From contig JAFZAH010000040.1 of NCBI GenBank assembly GCA_017548275.1, positions 264,320 through 328,319 on the forward strand: a stretch of DNA of 64,000 nucleotides, read 5' to 3'. This DNA is from Prevotella sp. GTDB lineage: Bacteria > Bacteroidota > Bacteroidia > Bacteroidales > Bacteroidaceae. Under the pieces are notes generated by a model, which did no database searches, was not told where the DNA came from, and was given only the letters and a program-made list of their open reading frames with translations. A program made the position numbers and the translations under genes. Every line of letters begins with the position of its first letter. Within the stretch, counting starts at the first letter, position 1. Below are positions 8,106 through 19,548 of the stretch, one piece after another.

Positions 8106-9275
8106 TTAGAAATTGAAATGAATAACCCCTTCCGGCACAGGTCTTTCTTTTTTCCCCTCATCTGTTTTTGTATTCCAAGAGTTGCCCTTCTCGGCATTCT
8201 TCTCATTAATGTTCTTCAAGAATAACATTTTGGGATTGGCAGAAAAACGTTTAAAGTCAGGTGCATGTTTTTTGTCCGGAGCAGGACCGTAGTTCTCATC
8301 CTTCAAATTCCAGGCATTTCGCCAAAGAAGCACATAAAGCGGTTGACTGTCGATAATCGCAGGCAACAGTTTTTGTGTATACCAATCGTACTCGGGATTA
8401 TCTTTGAAACCAGTTTCTGTAAATGCGAATAACTTGTTATGTTCTTGCGCTATGTCCTTAAGAGCCATTAATTCGCGCTGAACTTCACTCATATAGTTTT
8501 TCTTTGAAACTGCGTCATAGATGTCAATTCCGATGATATCAACGTATTCATCGCCAGGATAGTACATATTGAATCTTTGTCGGGAATCTTGGCGGTTACT
8601 ACCCAAAGAATAGCACCACACAATGTTTTTAAGTCCTTTAGCCTTCATAAAGTTATATGTATATACAAATAACTCCTTGTATCGACTTGGCGTACACCCT
8701 TTTGCCCCCCACCAAAACCAATCCCCAGACATTTCATGCCAAGGACGGAAAATAACGGGCACAGGTTGTCCCTTACTGTCTTTAAGGGAAGCAAGAAACG
8801 CCGCCACACGTTCGAGGGCAATGTTGAATGCGCGGTTGGCCTTACCGCTTTTAAGAATCGATTTCACGGGGTTTCCGCTGAGGTCTTTATGATGTTTACC
8901 CGTAACAAAATTGACAGGATGCCAACACAAAGTAACGATGCCTCCCCTTTCATGATGCGTGATGATTTCTCGCCGCATCAGGTCAAATGGAACACCATCA
9001 AGATTTTTATCAGCACCAGTCTCTATCCTACCGAGTTCAAAGCCGACAACGGCGGGATAATCCCCGCAAATGGACAGCACATCGCTCTTACCGCTCTCAT
9101 AGTGCCATGTCGTGCCATATACAGTATCGTCCTGATGACCTATCATGACGCCTTTATTTTGCAGCGCACGTAACCTATTGAGCAAAGCGGCGGCCGAACC
9201 AGAAGTTTGTGCAAAGGAGTTAACTGCCATCATGATGACAGCAACAGCCAACATCATACGTCTTGTTTGTTTCAT
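8106..9275 (-). CDS. GH26 beta-mannanase
   Basis: Signal peptide; FRPWHE..GDWFWWG, YPGDEYVD, FTETG. Confidence 0.92.
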   Translation of the reverse strand: MKQTRRMMLAVAVIMMAVNSFAQTSGSAAALLNRLRALQNKGVMIGHQDDTVYGTTWHYESGKSDVLSICGDYPAVVGFELGRIETGADKNLDGVPFDLMRREIITHHERGGIVTLCWHPVNFVTGKHHKDLSGNPVKSILKSGKANRAFNIALERVAAFLASLKDSKGQPVPVIFRPWHEMSGDWFWWGAKGCTPSRYKELFVYTYNFMKAKGLKNIVWCYSLGSNRQDSRQRFNMYYPGDEYVDIIGIDIYDAVSKKNYMSEVQRELMALKDIAQEHNKLFAFTETGFKDNPEYDWYTQKLLPAIIDSQPLYVLLWRNAWNLKDENYGPAPDKKHAPDFKRFSANPKMLFLKNINEKNAEKGNSWNTKTDEGKKERPVPEGVIHFNF

Positions 9276-9351
9276 AATTGTATTGAAAGTAAAGACAGAA
9301 ACTATATGAACTATTAAAAACAGTTACTAAACAACTACAGAGACGATTCTC

Positions 9352-10425
9352 CTATTGTATATCTTTCAGGAACAACGTATTGTCCGTATCATAAAGTTTT
9401 TTGAAGTCGGCGGCGCAGTCAAGACCAGGTGACGGTCCGAAGTATTCTTCTTTATAATTTCGCCACAGGAGGAAATAGCAAATCGGATACTTATCCATGA
9501 CCGGTTTGAGCACACGTGTCCACCATGTGGCATCGGGCATATTTTTAAGTCCGCACTCGGTCATCGCTATCAGTTTCCCGTTTTTCTTGGCAAACTCCGT
9601 GAGGAAATCGAGGTCAGCGGTGACAGCCTTGACAAAGTCTTCTTCTGAACCCCACTGATACGCATCCTCGCCGATGAGTGTGACGCGGTCGTTGCCGGGA
9701 TAGCGTTTCATGAACCGCTCCTCGGTCCAATTGCCATCGAGATTGGGCGAATAACTCCATAGCAGGTTGTCGAGTCCCTCGCCACGGAGATAGTCCTGCA
9801 GCATATTCCAAAGTCCGTGAAATTCCTCGTCAGAACACAGTTGCTGTCCCCACCAGAACCAAGAGCCGTTGTTCTCATGCCATGGTCTGAAGATGACAGG
9901 AACAGGTGTGCCATCATCAGTTTTAAGGGTTTTGAGGAAGTCACCCACACGGGTCATCCATTGTTTGAATTTTTCATGTTGGCTTCCCCCTTCAAGAATG
10001 CTTCTGACAACAGTTGTGTCATTCACATCCCATGCATTGCCACCTGTGAGCGGATTGCGCGGGTGCCAACTGATTGTAATTATGCCGCCGTTTATGTGTT
10101 GTTTGACGATTTCGTCATGAATACGTTTAAAAGGCACGCTGTCGAGATTTTTCTCGTCACCCATCTCAATGCCTCCGAGGTCAAACCCCATGACGGCGGG
10201 ATAGTCACCTGTGACATCGAAGATATCGCATTTATTCTCATTCCACTCCCATGTCACGCCATACATTGTGGCATCTTCATGCCCGCACATATACCCTTTC
10301 TTCTGAATGGAATCAAGGCGTGCCTCGAGTTGCCCGGCGATGCTGACTTGTTTTTCTTGCGCCGGCTTAGCACATGCCATAAAGGTCACAGCTGCCATCA
10401 ACATACAATAAATAGGTGTTTTCAT
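9352..10425 (-). CDS. GH26 beta-mannanase (probable lipoprotein)
   Basis: FRPWHENNGSWFWWG, MTECG; N-terminal ..MAC lipobox. Confidence 0.92.
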   Translation of the reverse strand: MKTPIYCMLMAAVTFMACAKPAQEKQVSIAGQLEARLDSIQKKGYMCGHEDATMYGVTWEWNENKCDIFDVTGDYPAVMGFDLGGIEMGDEKNLDSVPFKRIHDEIVKQHINGGIITISWHPRNPLTGGNAWDVNDTTVVRSILEGGSQHEKFKQWMTRVGDFLKTLKTDDGTPVPVIFRPWHENNGSWFWWGQQLCSDEEFHGLWNMLQDYLRGEGLDNLLWSYSPNLDGNWTEERFMKRYPGNDRVTLIGEDAYQWGSEEDFVKAVTADLDFLTEFAKKNGKLIAMTECGLKNMPDATWWTRVLKPVMDKYPICYFLLWRNYKEEYFGPSPGLDCAADFKKLYDTDNTLFLKDIQ

Positions 10426-10437
10426 CTTTTTCTTGTT

Positions 10438-11718
10438 TTATCTCAGTTTCATTTGTTTTAAGAGCCAATTCTCCCACTCATCCCATTGTTCTTGGAACCA
10501 GAAATGAGCCGTCATCTGATAGATACTAAGTGATTTGGGCGCAGTCACGACATTGTAGGTAGCATATGCGGCCGTGGGCGGCACCACATCGTCGTTGTAG
10601 CCGAACGAAAACCATCCGGGACAAGTGATACGTTTCGCGAAATTTACGCCATCATAATAACGTGCGCCTTCAACTTTTTTCATGTCTGGATTTTTCACGC
10701 CATAGAAATAATGCGGCCATCCGCACGCCACGCCCTTGAGTGCTGACTCGTAATCGCACATGGCATCATGAACGGGAGCATAGAACGTGATGCGCTTATC
10801 AAGAGCCGCGACGGCAAGAGAGAGAAATCCGCCTTGCGATGAGCCTGTGACGCCCACGTCATGTCCGTTCCACTCTGGCAACGATGCAATATAATCGACA
10901 GCCTTCACCGCCCCCGTGACCACTTTTCGGTAATAGTTCTTCTCGGGTTGGTCAAGATTGATCTCCCAATAACCGTTGAGAGTACCTTCATTAATAGCAG
11001 TATAGACGCTCTGCTTCATGGTAACAGGAATGCCATGGATGCCTATTTCGAGCGTGATGGCACCTTGGGAAGCCGTCCACACATCACCGCTATAGGGACG
11101 AACACCGGCACCAGGCACACGAAGCAATGCAGGATATTTACTTTCCTTCACAGGAACGCAAAGGATGCCATAAATACGGCTTCCCGGCCTGTTATTGACG
11201 AAACTCACTTCATACACATTCACATCTTTCGTGCATCTGTCAGGAAGGAGTTCCCGATGCGGATCCAAGTCATTGGCTCTCGCCTCATCCAGCGCTTTCT
11301 TCCAGAACTGGTCGAAATCAGGAGGACATTGTGTGGCTGGCAACAGTTTTTCCGGTGAAAAGGCAGCGGTACAAGCGCCCACATAATCTTTCCCGTCAAC
11401 ATGCGCCACAACTCGGAGACGATAGAATCCAGGTGTTTTCATCGCTCCCGTCCATTTCATGGTACCATCTTTCAAGACAACACCTTGTTTTTTCACCTCG
11501 GGGTACATCTCCGGCCCTGCCTCGAAATCAATCGTAGCATTGTCGACAAGTGTACCGGAACGCAGCACATTCACGACGAAGTTGGCCTTTTCGCCAACTT
11601 GATAGTTCCAGTCCTTATGGTCTGGAGTGACTGTAACGGCGACATTGTATCCTCTGATTTGCGCCGAGAGCGACAAACTCAGCATTAATGTCAGGAATGC
11701 GATGAAAACCTTTTTCAT
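10438..11718 (-). CDS. Acetyl esterase (CE7/AXE1-like)
   Basis: GSSQGG nucleophile elbow, GYNDDVVPP, C-terminal His. Confidence 0.88.
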   Translation of the reverse strand: MKKVFIAFLTLMLSLSLSAQIRGYNVAVTVTPDHKDWNYQVGEKANFVVNVLRSGTLVDNATIDFEAGPEMYPEVKKQGVVLKDGTMKWTGAMKTPGFYRLRVVAHVDGKDYVGACTAAFSPEKLLPATQCPPDFDQFWKKALDEARANDLDPHRELLPDRCTKDVNVYEVSFVNNRPGSRIYGILCVPVKESKYPALLRVPGAGVRPYSGDVWTASQGAITLEIGIHGIPVTMKQSVYTAINEGTLNGYWEINLDQPEKNYYRKVVTGAVKAVDYIASLPEWNGHDVGVTGSSQGGFLSLAVAALDKRITFYAPVHDAMCDYESALKGVACGWPHYFYGVKNPDMKKVEGARYYDGVNFAKRITCPGWFSFGYNDDVVPPTAAYATYNVVTAPKSLSIYQMTAHFWFQEQWDEWENWLLKQMKLR

Positions 11719-11738
11719 TACTTATTATATGAATTAAA

Positions 11739-11774
11739 ATCGGGTGTATAGGAGCACAGCCCCTATACACCGAT
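11739..11774 (-). terminator. Intra-operon hairpin (terminator or transcript-stabilising stem)
   Basis: GGTGTATAGG/CCTATACACC inverted repeat just after the GH26 stop. Confidence 0.6.
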
Positions 11775-11779
11775 ATTGA

Positions 11780-13282
11780 TTATTTGAAACTTGGCACTTG
11801 GTCGCGTGTAATGCAAACAGGCGAATTCATCCAGTCTTTCAGGAACTCCTCGTTGTTGTATGCTCCACCAATGTACGGCACTCCATTTTCGTCTGCACCA
11901 TACCAAGGCATCGCCCAACTCCACATTGCTCCATCAGAGAGCATGTTTTTCCATCCGGGCATAGCATCACCTTCGCTGAACGCAATGATTTTCTTACCAC
12001 CAGTCAAATATCGGAGCGCTTCAAACTGTTCGCTCAATGCACTGTGATATTCAGCAGAGTTGCCTTTGAAATAGTAGTCGCGCGAGATGATATCGACGTA
12101 ATCATCGCCAGGATACCATGCACTGTCATCGCCAGAAGACGGGTCGTTTGGGTCGAGGCCCTCAGAAGTCCATACCCAGAGAACGTTATTGACACCTTTC
12201 TCCTTGAAACGGTCATACATCATCTTCCATAAACGGGTAAAGTATTGCGGACCCGATTTTCCCCACCAGAACCATGCTTTTCCCGAGCCACCATATTTGC
12301 CATAGTTTCCACGTGCCTCATGCAGAGGTCTCCACAACACCGGTATACCCTTTTCCTGCAACTGGAGCAGATAAGACGCAATGATATCGATATCATTGAC
12401 AGCTTGTTCGTATTGCCAAGCGTTAGCACCAGACGACTTTTTCCAAGCATACCTTGGATCAAAATCCGTAGCATCAGGGTGGATAACATAACTGTCATAA
12501 TTGCCGACTTTATCAGATGAAGGCGGAACCATCCAATGCCACATGATGGAGACAATACCCCCGGCATTTGTCCAATTTTCAACCACCGTTGTGTTGGTGT
12601 AATCAATCCAGTTAGACGGATTCTTCGGTTTGCTGAAATTGAAATGGATATAGTCGAACATGTTGATAGCCGGGTATTTACCTGTTATCTCATACATTTG
12701 GTCAGCATATTTCGTATTCCAGTTTACCTCAGCAGAAGCCGCTGTGAGCGTCTTCTTACCGAAATTCTCTTTGAGATAGTTGTAGAGAGCAACGGTCTCT
12801 GGCGTGGCATCTGGATTGACTGGAGCCTCGGCCAGATTGAAGAGTGTCGGGTCGAAAGTGTTGACAATCATGGTAGAGAATGAGAACTTATAGTCGCTGG
12901 CGAAATCATAGACTTCATTGCGGACGGTTGGTTTCTGCACCTCGACCGTGTATGTGGTGTTTCCCTTCAGTTCGTAAGGGATAATGAGCTGATTGCCTTG
13001 TGCCGTCACATCTGTGTCGTCAATATACACGCCATTAATACGAATAGTGGCATGAGGTGGAACGAATATGTTTTTGTCGTATGTGATGACGATTTGCTTA
13101 AGCGTATCGACATCGACCGCATCGGCCTCAGGGAACGTGGAGACCACCTGCGGAGCCTCTCCGGTGAATCGCGTGGGGTCATATCCGTAAGCCTGTCCCT
13201 TGTCATCATCATCGCCACAAGCGGAGAACATCGTCATGGCGAGCAGGCAAAGCCATAAATATTTGTATTTTTTCATAATCAT
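11780..13282 (-). CDS. Surface lipoprotein GH26 endo-mannanase with N-terminal Ig-like domain
   Basis: FSAC lipobox with acidic tail; WRPLHE...WFWWG, YPGDDYVD, FSEG. Confidence 0.9.
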   Translation of the reverse strand: MIMKKYKYLWLCLLAMTMFSACGDDDDKGQAYGYDPTRFTGEAPQVVSTFPEADAVDVDTLKQIVITYDKNIFVPPHATIRINGVYIDDTDVTAQGNQLIIPYELKGNTTYTVEVQKPTVRNEVYDFASDYKFSFSTMIVNTFDPTLFNLAEAPVNPDATPETVALYNYLKENFGKKTLTAASAEVNWNTKYADQMYEITGKYPAINMFDYIHFNFSKPKNPSNWIDYTNTTVVENWTNAGGIVSIMWHWMVPPSSDKVGNYDSYVIHPDATDFDPRYAWKKSSGANAWQYEQAVNDIDIIASYLLQLQEKGIPVLWRPLHEARGNYGKYGGSGKAWFWWGKSGPQYFTRLWKMMYDRFKEKGVNNVLWVWTSEGLDPNDPSSGDDSAWYPGDDYVDIISRDYYFKGNSAEYHSALSEQFEALRYLTGGKKIIAFSEGDAMPGWKNMLSDGAMWSWAMPWYGADENGVPYIGGAYNNEEFLKDWMNSPVCITRDQVPSFK

Positions 13283-13290
13283 CGATAATA

Positions 13291-14559
13291 TTAATATTGT
13301 TTAGGCTCAATTCTGAATTGTCCCCAAGCGTGATCCACATTCCATGGTGACTCACCGTCAATGGGGTTCGGCTGAAGAACAAATTCCAAGTTCACCCATT
13401 GGTCGGGAGTTGTAGGTAACGCATGGTCGGCATCGAACATCTCATTGAGCGGCATAGATACTGTCATCCAGTGACCATAGGTATTAGATATACCATATTC
13501 TGAAATGGGGTCGAACTGTCGTCTCGGGGCTCCATTGTTCAGCGTAATATTGTATCCTCCGTTGTGCGTCCCATATAGTCCATTGTCACCATAGGAGTAA
13601 TAAGGATAATTGGAATTTGTCCAAATCTCGAATTTGAAGACATAATTCTCAGGGTGTGCCGAAGCATCGAGCCATCTCCAATTGCATCCGAAACCAGTAG
13701 AATTCCATTCCCACGCACCAAAAGTGCCCGTAATACGAAGGAATGCGTATCCAAGAGACTCAGGGCCGCCGTTACCGCCAGAAGTCACGAGCGACTTGCC
13801 CCAATCATTCCACCATCCGAGGTCGCCTTCGAAATTACCATACATCAGTTGGTCTGTCATTCTATAAGGGATGGTTTGAGAACGCTTCTCGCCCATCTCT
13901 ATCCATGAGAAGGTAATCAGCGAGTTATCCGGACAATCTTCTGGTATAATGATACTTGTATAACTTTCCGTACAAGAATCTGTTTTGATCACCTCATGAT
14001 AACCCAACGCCTCATTAGTAATGGTGATAGAGGCAGGTGAAGCATCTGTAGTGTCATTAAACTCGTAAAGGTCAAAGAAATCACCTTTTACACGCACCTC
14101 TTTACCTGGCAGGATAAATTCGTTCTCCAACCCCTGCAAATCGAGACTGGGTATGGTGACATCGAAATCGATGCTGTAGGAACCTTGCGCCGTCTCATAG
14201 ACGAGTTTACCGGTTTCCACTTCTGGCACGACCCTTGGAATACGTATCCAAGAGGTGTTGTTTTCCGCATAGATTTGCCTGACATCAACATCTATACCGT
14301 TGATGACCACTTTTGTGGGATGGCTGAGATTTTGTCCTTGCAATTTGATGAACTGTTTGAGCACGCCGACATTGATGGGTGTAGCCTGGTCAGCATCGGG
14401 CGTGGCATCATAAACAGCAGCTATGACCGGCGCACCGTCATTGTGGAAGAGATCTTCCACTTCGTCTTGGTATTTCACGACATCGCTACACGCCGACATC
14501 ATCGCCAAGACAAACGTCGCAGCCGCCAATATATTGAATCGTTTGTTTTTCTTATTCAT
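13291..14559 (-). CDS. Surface glycan-binding lipoprotein (SGBP-B-like)
   Basis: MSAC lipobox, IPT/TIG-like segments, Trp-rich C-terminus, directly after susD. Confidence 0.8.
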   Translation of the reverse strand: MNKKNKRFNILAAATFVLAMMSACSDVVKYQDEVEDLFHNDGAPVIAAVYDATPDADQATPINVGVLKQFIKLQGQNLSHPTKVVINGIDVDVRQIYAENNTSWIRIPRVVPEVETGKLVYETAQGSYSIDFDVTIPSLDLQGLENEFILPGKEVRVKGDFFDLYEFNDTTDASPASITITNEALGYHEVIKTDSCTESYTSIIIPEDCPDNSLITFSWIEMGEKRSQTIPYRMTDQLMYGNFEGDLGWWNDWGKSLVTSGGNGGPESLGYAFLRITGTFGAWEWNSTGFGCNWRWLDASAHPENYVFKFEIWTNSNYPYYSYGDNGLYGTHNGGYNITLNNGAPRRQFDPISEYGISNTYGHWMTVSMPLNEMFDADHALPTTPDQWVNLEFVLQPNPIDGESPWNVDHAWGQFRIEPKQY

Positions 14560-14576
14560 GATGTAGAAAATGTGAT

Positions 14577-16349
14577 TTAGTTCCATCCTGGGTTGTTCTC
14601 TGTGATATTGGGGTTAGCCACCATTTCCTTGGTAGGAATGGGATAGAGCAGATTGCGCTCAGTACGCTGCTTGTTGTTTCCAGAATCATCTTGATGGTTT
14701 TCTTCGGGCGTACCTTTATTCGTCACGATGGCATTCATAGCGTCGAGATAAATACCCCAACGTATTAAATCCCATCTGCGGTCTGCCTCGCATGCGAACT
14801 CTTTCGCGCGTTCTTCAATAATCGCACTTCTGAGTGCATTTTTACCGGGCGAGGAAGCCATGAGAGAGGCATTGCTTCTTTGTCTGACCTTGTTCAGATA
14901 GTTTACAGCCTCCGTCTCATTACCAAGTTCATTTTCCGCCTCAGCATAGATAAGCATGACATCGGCATACCTCAGGAATGGCCACTGAGAGTCGGCATAA
15001 TCTGTCGCTTTGTTCTTCACATCATCATATTTCGTGGTGAAGGCAAGACATTCCGAAGTCTGATTATACTGATAAGAAAGACCTGTGGCTTTGTATTCCT
15101 CAGCCTGTTCCACCCATTCGCCCATCTGAGTGATACCCTGCACTTGCTCTGACCAACTCTGCGGATAGTAGAAACATCCGTTATAGTCTTCCTGATAATA
15201 ATACCTCCAGAAATGTCTTACACCTTTTGTAATGCGGTAATCCTGGTCATCAAAGAGCGAATACCAGTTGTTGGTACATCCAACCCATCCGCCTGACTGC
15301 AAAAACTCACTATTCTCTAAAGTGTAGCCCGAATAGAAAGAGTGAATCTGAGTGCGGTATTTTGTATCACCGTCAAGGCTTTGTATAGCCCACATAAACT
15401 CGGATGCGCTTCTGTTTGCACTTTTCCAGAGATTATCGTAGTCTGACAGTTCGTATAACCCGTATTGTCCGTCAATCACTTTTTTCGCCCATTCGGCTGC
15501 TTTGGCATAAAGTGCCTGCGCATCCATGTTCTCATATCCGGCTACCGCTTGTTTTTGGAAAGTCTCAGATGAAGGAGCACGGTAAATTTGCACTGACTCG
15601 CCATTATGATTGACTGTCTCATAAGGAGCTCCTGTTCTCACAGTGATTTGCGTTCCGGCAGGCATAGCATATGACGCCATAGTGGCATAGACCTTCGCCA
15701 ACAATCCTGCTGCAGAACCAGCAGAAACGTGTCCTGTCTGGTAATTAGGGTCATCGAGTTTGTACATCATCTCAGACGCATCGGTGAGCATTTGTATGAT
15801 GTGATCGTATATTTCTTGAACAGGCACTCTTCCTCCATACGCATCCTCGCCGTTAGCCACATCAGTGGCCATGTAAGGAATTGGCCCGTAAGCCCTAACA
15901 AGCAGGAAATAGCAGAATGCCTTTTGGAAATACAGTTCTCCGAGAGCATTGTTTTTATACCCTTCGTCAACGGCAGTCATGGCTTTGATGTATCTTTCAG
16001 CCACATTTGCGTCATTGATGAGGTTGTAAGGTCCGCTCCACATTTTGTCAAGAGCGCTCTCACCCTGAAAGTTACCCGCTCCAAGTTTGCCGAGCAACCA
16101 ATCAGGACCGGAGATATAATCGGCATCGAGTTCCAAAACCCTGGGGAATTCCCCCCAGCAGAACATATCATACAACCAGTTGCTATATACGCCCGTCAAC
16201 CATTCATCTATGGCCTCTTTCGAGTTACCCAGTTGGTCGGGTCCTATAAAACTTTTAGGTTCTTCTTGCAACCAGTCATTGCAAGAAACAGTGGTCATGG
16301 CACCTGTAATCAGGAGCATGCCAGCAAAAATATATTGTTTCAGTTTCAT
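14577..16349 (-). CDS. susD: SusD/RagB family lipoprotein
   Basis: SCNDWL lipobox, LRYADVMLIYAEA, ERAKEFACEADRRWDLIRWG. Confidence 0.95.
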   Translation of the reverse strand: MKLKQYIFAGMLLITGAMTTVSCNDWLQEEPKSFIGPDQLGNSKEAIDEWLTGVYSNWLYDMFCWGEFPRVLELDADYISGPDWLLGKLGAGNFQGESALDKMWSGPYNLINDANVAERYIKAMTAVDEGYKNNALGELYFQKAFCYFLLVRAYGPIPYMATDVANGEDAYGGRVPVQEIYDHIIQMLTDASEMMYKLDDPNYQTGHVSAGSAAGLLAKVYATMASYAMPAGTQITVRTGAPYETVNHNGESVQIYRAPSSETFQKQAVAGYENMDAQALYAKAAEWAKKVIDGQYGLYELSDYDNLWKSANRSASEFMWAIQSLDGDTKYRTQIHSFYSGYTLENSEFLQSGGWVGCTNNWYSLFDDQDYRITKGVRHFWRYYYQEDYNGCFYYPQSWSEQVQGITQMGEWVEQAEEYKATGLSYQYNQTSECLAFTTKYDDVKNKATDYADSQWPFLRYADVMLIYAEAENELGNETEAVNYLNKVRQRSNASLMASSPGKNALRSAIIEERAKEFACEADRRWDLIRWGIYLDAMNAIVTNKGTPEENHQDDSGNNKQRTERNLLYPIPTKEMVANPNITENNPGWN

Positions 16350-16362
16350 ACTGTCGATAGAA

Positions 16363-19300
16363 TTAGAATGTAACGCCGAGACTCAATGTATAAGTACGCG
16401 CAGAAGGATAGGAGTAGATATCCACTCCTCGACGTGCAGAGTCGTTTCCACCGAAAGCATTCACGTCGGGATCATACCAACTGTAATTGGTGATAGTGAA
16501 AAGATTGGTGGCTGCGAATGATATCCTCATGGCATCAATGCCTTTGAGAGGTCTTACCCAATTGTAAGTGAGACTGATGTTTTTGAGTTTGAGATAACTT
16601 CCGTCTTCCACATATCTGTCGCTGAGCAGGAAGGTGCGCTGATATCCCGATGAAGCCATAGGCCATTTCGCATTTTCATAGTTGTCGGCTGTCCATCTGT
16701 GCTCATAGGCATCGCGAGGAATATTACCGATATTACCAAGAGCGATATCCATGAGGTTTCCGTTGAAGATGTCTCCACCCTGCGAACCTTGCAACATGAA
16801 ACTGAGGGTAAGATTCTTCCACGTCAGATTGCTGGTGAATCCATATACAAAATCGGGATTGGTGTCACCAATGATGGTTCTGTCATCGTCGGCGGTAATC
16901 TTTCCGTCACCATTGAGGTCACGGTATCTGATCTCACCCACGGCATTAGTTCCACCCGCGCCAAGATTCGGTCGCGCTATGGTCTCTGCATCATTGTCAT
17001 AAAACCCGTCTTCAACATATCCGTATATAGCACCAATGGGGCATCCGTTTCTCTGGATGAACACTTGGTCTGCACCATACCAAAGCGTATTGGCAAACTG
17101 ATCGCCAGCGAGACCACCTATTTCATTCTTATTAAATGAGATGTTGGCGTTGAAATCCCAATGCCAATCGCTGGTGTCAATGACTTTATAATCAAGCGTC
17201 ATCTCCAATCCCTCATTCATGACATTACCGCTATTGGTGATTTTATTTGAGAAACCCGTATGCATCGGGATGATAACGTTTTGTAACAGGTCACGTGTCT
17301 TCTTTTTATAATAATCGACAGTGAATGTGAGCCGATTGTTGAAGAATCCGAAATCAATACCGGCGTTAAATTGCGCCGTGGTCTCCCACTTCAAATCAGG
17401 ATCGACCGGACCTCTCCAGTTTTCTTGTGCCGCACCGCTAATGAGTGTTCCGTCATACGAATAGTTAGCGGTATCGAGGTGGGGCAAGGTGCTGTATGCT
17501 CCGATGCCCTGATTACCCGTCTCACCATACGACAGTCTGAATTTCAGATTTGAGAAAACATTTAGATCTTTGATAAACTTCTCTTCAGAAGCCCTCCACG
17601 CTATGGCAGCGGAGGGGAATGTAGCCCATTTATGCCTGTCGGTAAATTTGGAAGAGCCGTCGGTGCGAACACTCGCCGTAAAAAGATATTTCTCATTAAG
17701 CGTGTAGTTAACGCGTCCGAGGAAAGAGACCAGTCGCTGTTCACCCACATCGCTATTTGGTTCATCTCTAGTAAGAGCCCTTCCAACGTTGAAGTCCTTG
17801 GTCAAGTCATCAGGGAAGTGTGAATACCCCTGCGAGAAATTGTCCCATTGCCCTCTTTCGAATGTGAACGCACCCATGACGTTGAGTTTATGAACGTCAT
17901 TGAACGTCTTATCAAATGTGATAATAGACTCAGCAGTGAGGCTTTTCCAGATGTTAGACGCTTTACTGGCTTTACCATTGATAGGCGACTTACCCTCTTG
18001 GGTGTGACGGTCATAGTAACTGCCGCGGTGTGAGTCATTGTAAGACAATCCGATGTTTTGTCTAAATTTGAGGAAGGAGAATGGTTTCACCTCGAAGAAC
18101 GAACTACTGAACCAGTTAATGGCATCAAGTTGGTCTTTTGTGTTCTTCACGTATGCCGCAGGATTGGCAGCCAGCCAGTTAAGATTGTCAGCCTGTGTGG
18201 TATCCATATTCGGTCCGTAAGTAGGCGGGAATAGGAGTGCCGAACGAACGACACCTGTATTATAATTTAATGTGTTGGCAAATTTAGTGACAGCATTGGT
18301 GAAACTGGTGTTCGTGCCGATTTCTAACCAGTCAAACACTTTGCGCGCAATATTCACTCGGAGTGAATAGCGCTCATACCCGGAGTTTTTGATGATACCA
18401 TCCTGATTGGCATAGTTGCCAGAGAATGAATAATAGCCTCTGTCGCTACCACCACTAACGCTGAGGTTATAATCCTGCGTCATGGCCGTCTGGAAGATTT
18501 CATCCTGCCAATCGGCGATATCGATAAGCGTGGCATTTCCATATTCATCATAGAACCACTGCTGACGGGCATAATCTTCAGGCGAACCGGTGTACTTACC
18601 TGTGGTGTAGTCAATGTGTCCGTTAAGGTATTGGTATCCCCATTTACCGGGATATGGCAAATTGCCTTCCTTATTATTATGATAATAGACGTCATTGAGC
18701 ACTTGCTCATTTTGATACTGAGCATAAGTAACGGGATCGAGCATATCAATCTTCTTAGATATATGCTGAATTCCCCACGAGCCGTTGAACTCCACTTTGG
18801 GTTTACCTGTCCTTCCCTGTTTAGTGGTAATAATAACCACACCATTAGCACCACGAGAGCCATAGATAGCTGTTGCCGATGCGTCTTTGAGAATCTCGAT
18901 GTTCTCAATGTCATGCGGATTGATGAAACTCAGAGGATTCGACTGCTGTTCCGTGCCAGTCGCACTGTTTCCCGGAGTTCCTCCAGTTTCGAAGGGCACA
19001 CCATCAACAATGAATAAAGGCTGTGATGACGTCGTGAAGGAGTTGGCACCACGCACCACGATACTCATGCCTCCACCGGGAGCGCCGTCGCTTTGCTGGA
19101 TGTTGACACCAGCCACTTTTCCTTGCATACCATGAACAAGGTCAAGTGCACCGCCCTTCATGAGTTCATCACCTTTGAGTTGTCCAAGCGCTCCTGAGAG
19201 GTCGCTTTTCTTCATAGTACCATATCCAACGACAACCACTTCATCCATGACATTAGAATCTTCCGTCATGATGACCCTGATGTTCGTTTTACCAGCGACA

Positions 19301-19548
19301 TTAACCGTTTGTGATGTGTATCCGACGCTAGAAACCACAATGCGTGATTTCCCTGCAGGCATAGTAAGCGAGAAATGACCGTCAATGTCGGTCACAGTGC
19401 CTGTTTGCGTCCCTTCCACCACAATAGTCGCCCCGATCATCGGCTCATTGTTCATGGCTCCGTCGAGTACGGTACCCGTGAGTTGAGTCTGAGCATGAAG
19501 CATGCAACTCATGCAGAGTGCAGCCCATAGCAGAATGATTTTCTTCAT
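16363..19548 (-). CDS. susC: SusC TonB-dependent transporter
   Basis: DEVVVVGYG, IEILKDASATAIYGSRGANGVVIITTK, LKWETT, terminal Phe. Confidence 0.97.
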   Translation of the reverse strand: MKKIILLWAALCMSCMLHAQTQLTGTVLDGAMNNEPMIGATIVVEGTQTGTVTDIDGHFSLTMPAGKSRIVVSSVGYTSQTVNVAGKTNIRVIMTEDSNVMDEVVVVGYGTMKKSDLSGALGQLKGDELMKGGALDLVHGMQGKVAGVNIQQSDGAPGGGMSIVVRGANSFTTSSQPLFIVDGVPFETGGTPGNSATGTEQQSNPLSFINPHDIENIEILKDASATAIYGSRGANGVVIITTKQGRTGKPKVEFNGSWGIQHISKKIDMLDPVTYAQYQNEQVLNDVYYHNNKEGNLPYPGKWGYQYLNGHIDYTTGKYTGSPEDYARQQWFYDEYGNATLIDIADWQDEIFQTAMTQDYNLSVSGGSDRGYYSFSGNYANQDGIIKNSGYERYSLRVNIARKVFDWLEIGTNTSFTNAVTKFANTLNYNTGVVRSALLFPPTYGPNMDTTQADNLNWLAANPAAYVKNTKDQLDAINWFSSSFFEVKPFSFLKFRQNIGLSYNDSHRGSYYDRHTQEGKSPINGKASKASNIWKSLTAESIITFDKTFNDVHKLNVMGAFTFERGQWDNFSQGYSHFPDDLTKDFNVGRALTRDEPNSDVGEQRLVSFLGRVNYTLNEKYLFTASVRTDGSSKFTDRHKWATFPSAAIAWRASEEKFIKDLNVFSNLKFRLSYGETGNQGIGAYSTLPHLDTANYSYDGTLISGAAQENWRGPVDPDLKWETTAQFNAGIDFGFFNNRLTFTVDYYKKKTRDLLQNVIIPMHTGFSNKITNSGNVMNEGLEMTLDYKVIDTSDWHWDFNANISFNKNEIGGLAGDQFANTLWYGADQVFIQRNGCPIGAIYGYVEDGFYDNDAETIARPNLGAGGTNAVGEIRYRDLNGDGKITADDDRTIIGDTNPDFVYGFTSNLTWKNLTLSFMLQGSQGGDIFNGNLMDIALGNIGNIPRDAYEHRWTADNYENAKWPMASSGYQRTFLLSDRYVEDGSYLKLKNISLTYNWVRPLKGIDAMRISFAATNLFTITNYSWYDPDVNAFGGNDSARRGVDIYSYPSARTYTLSLGVTF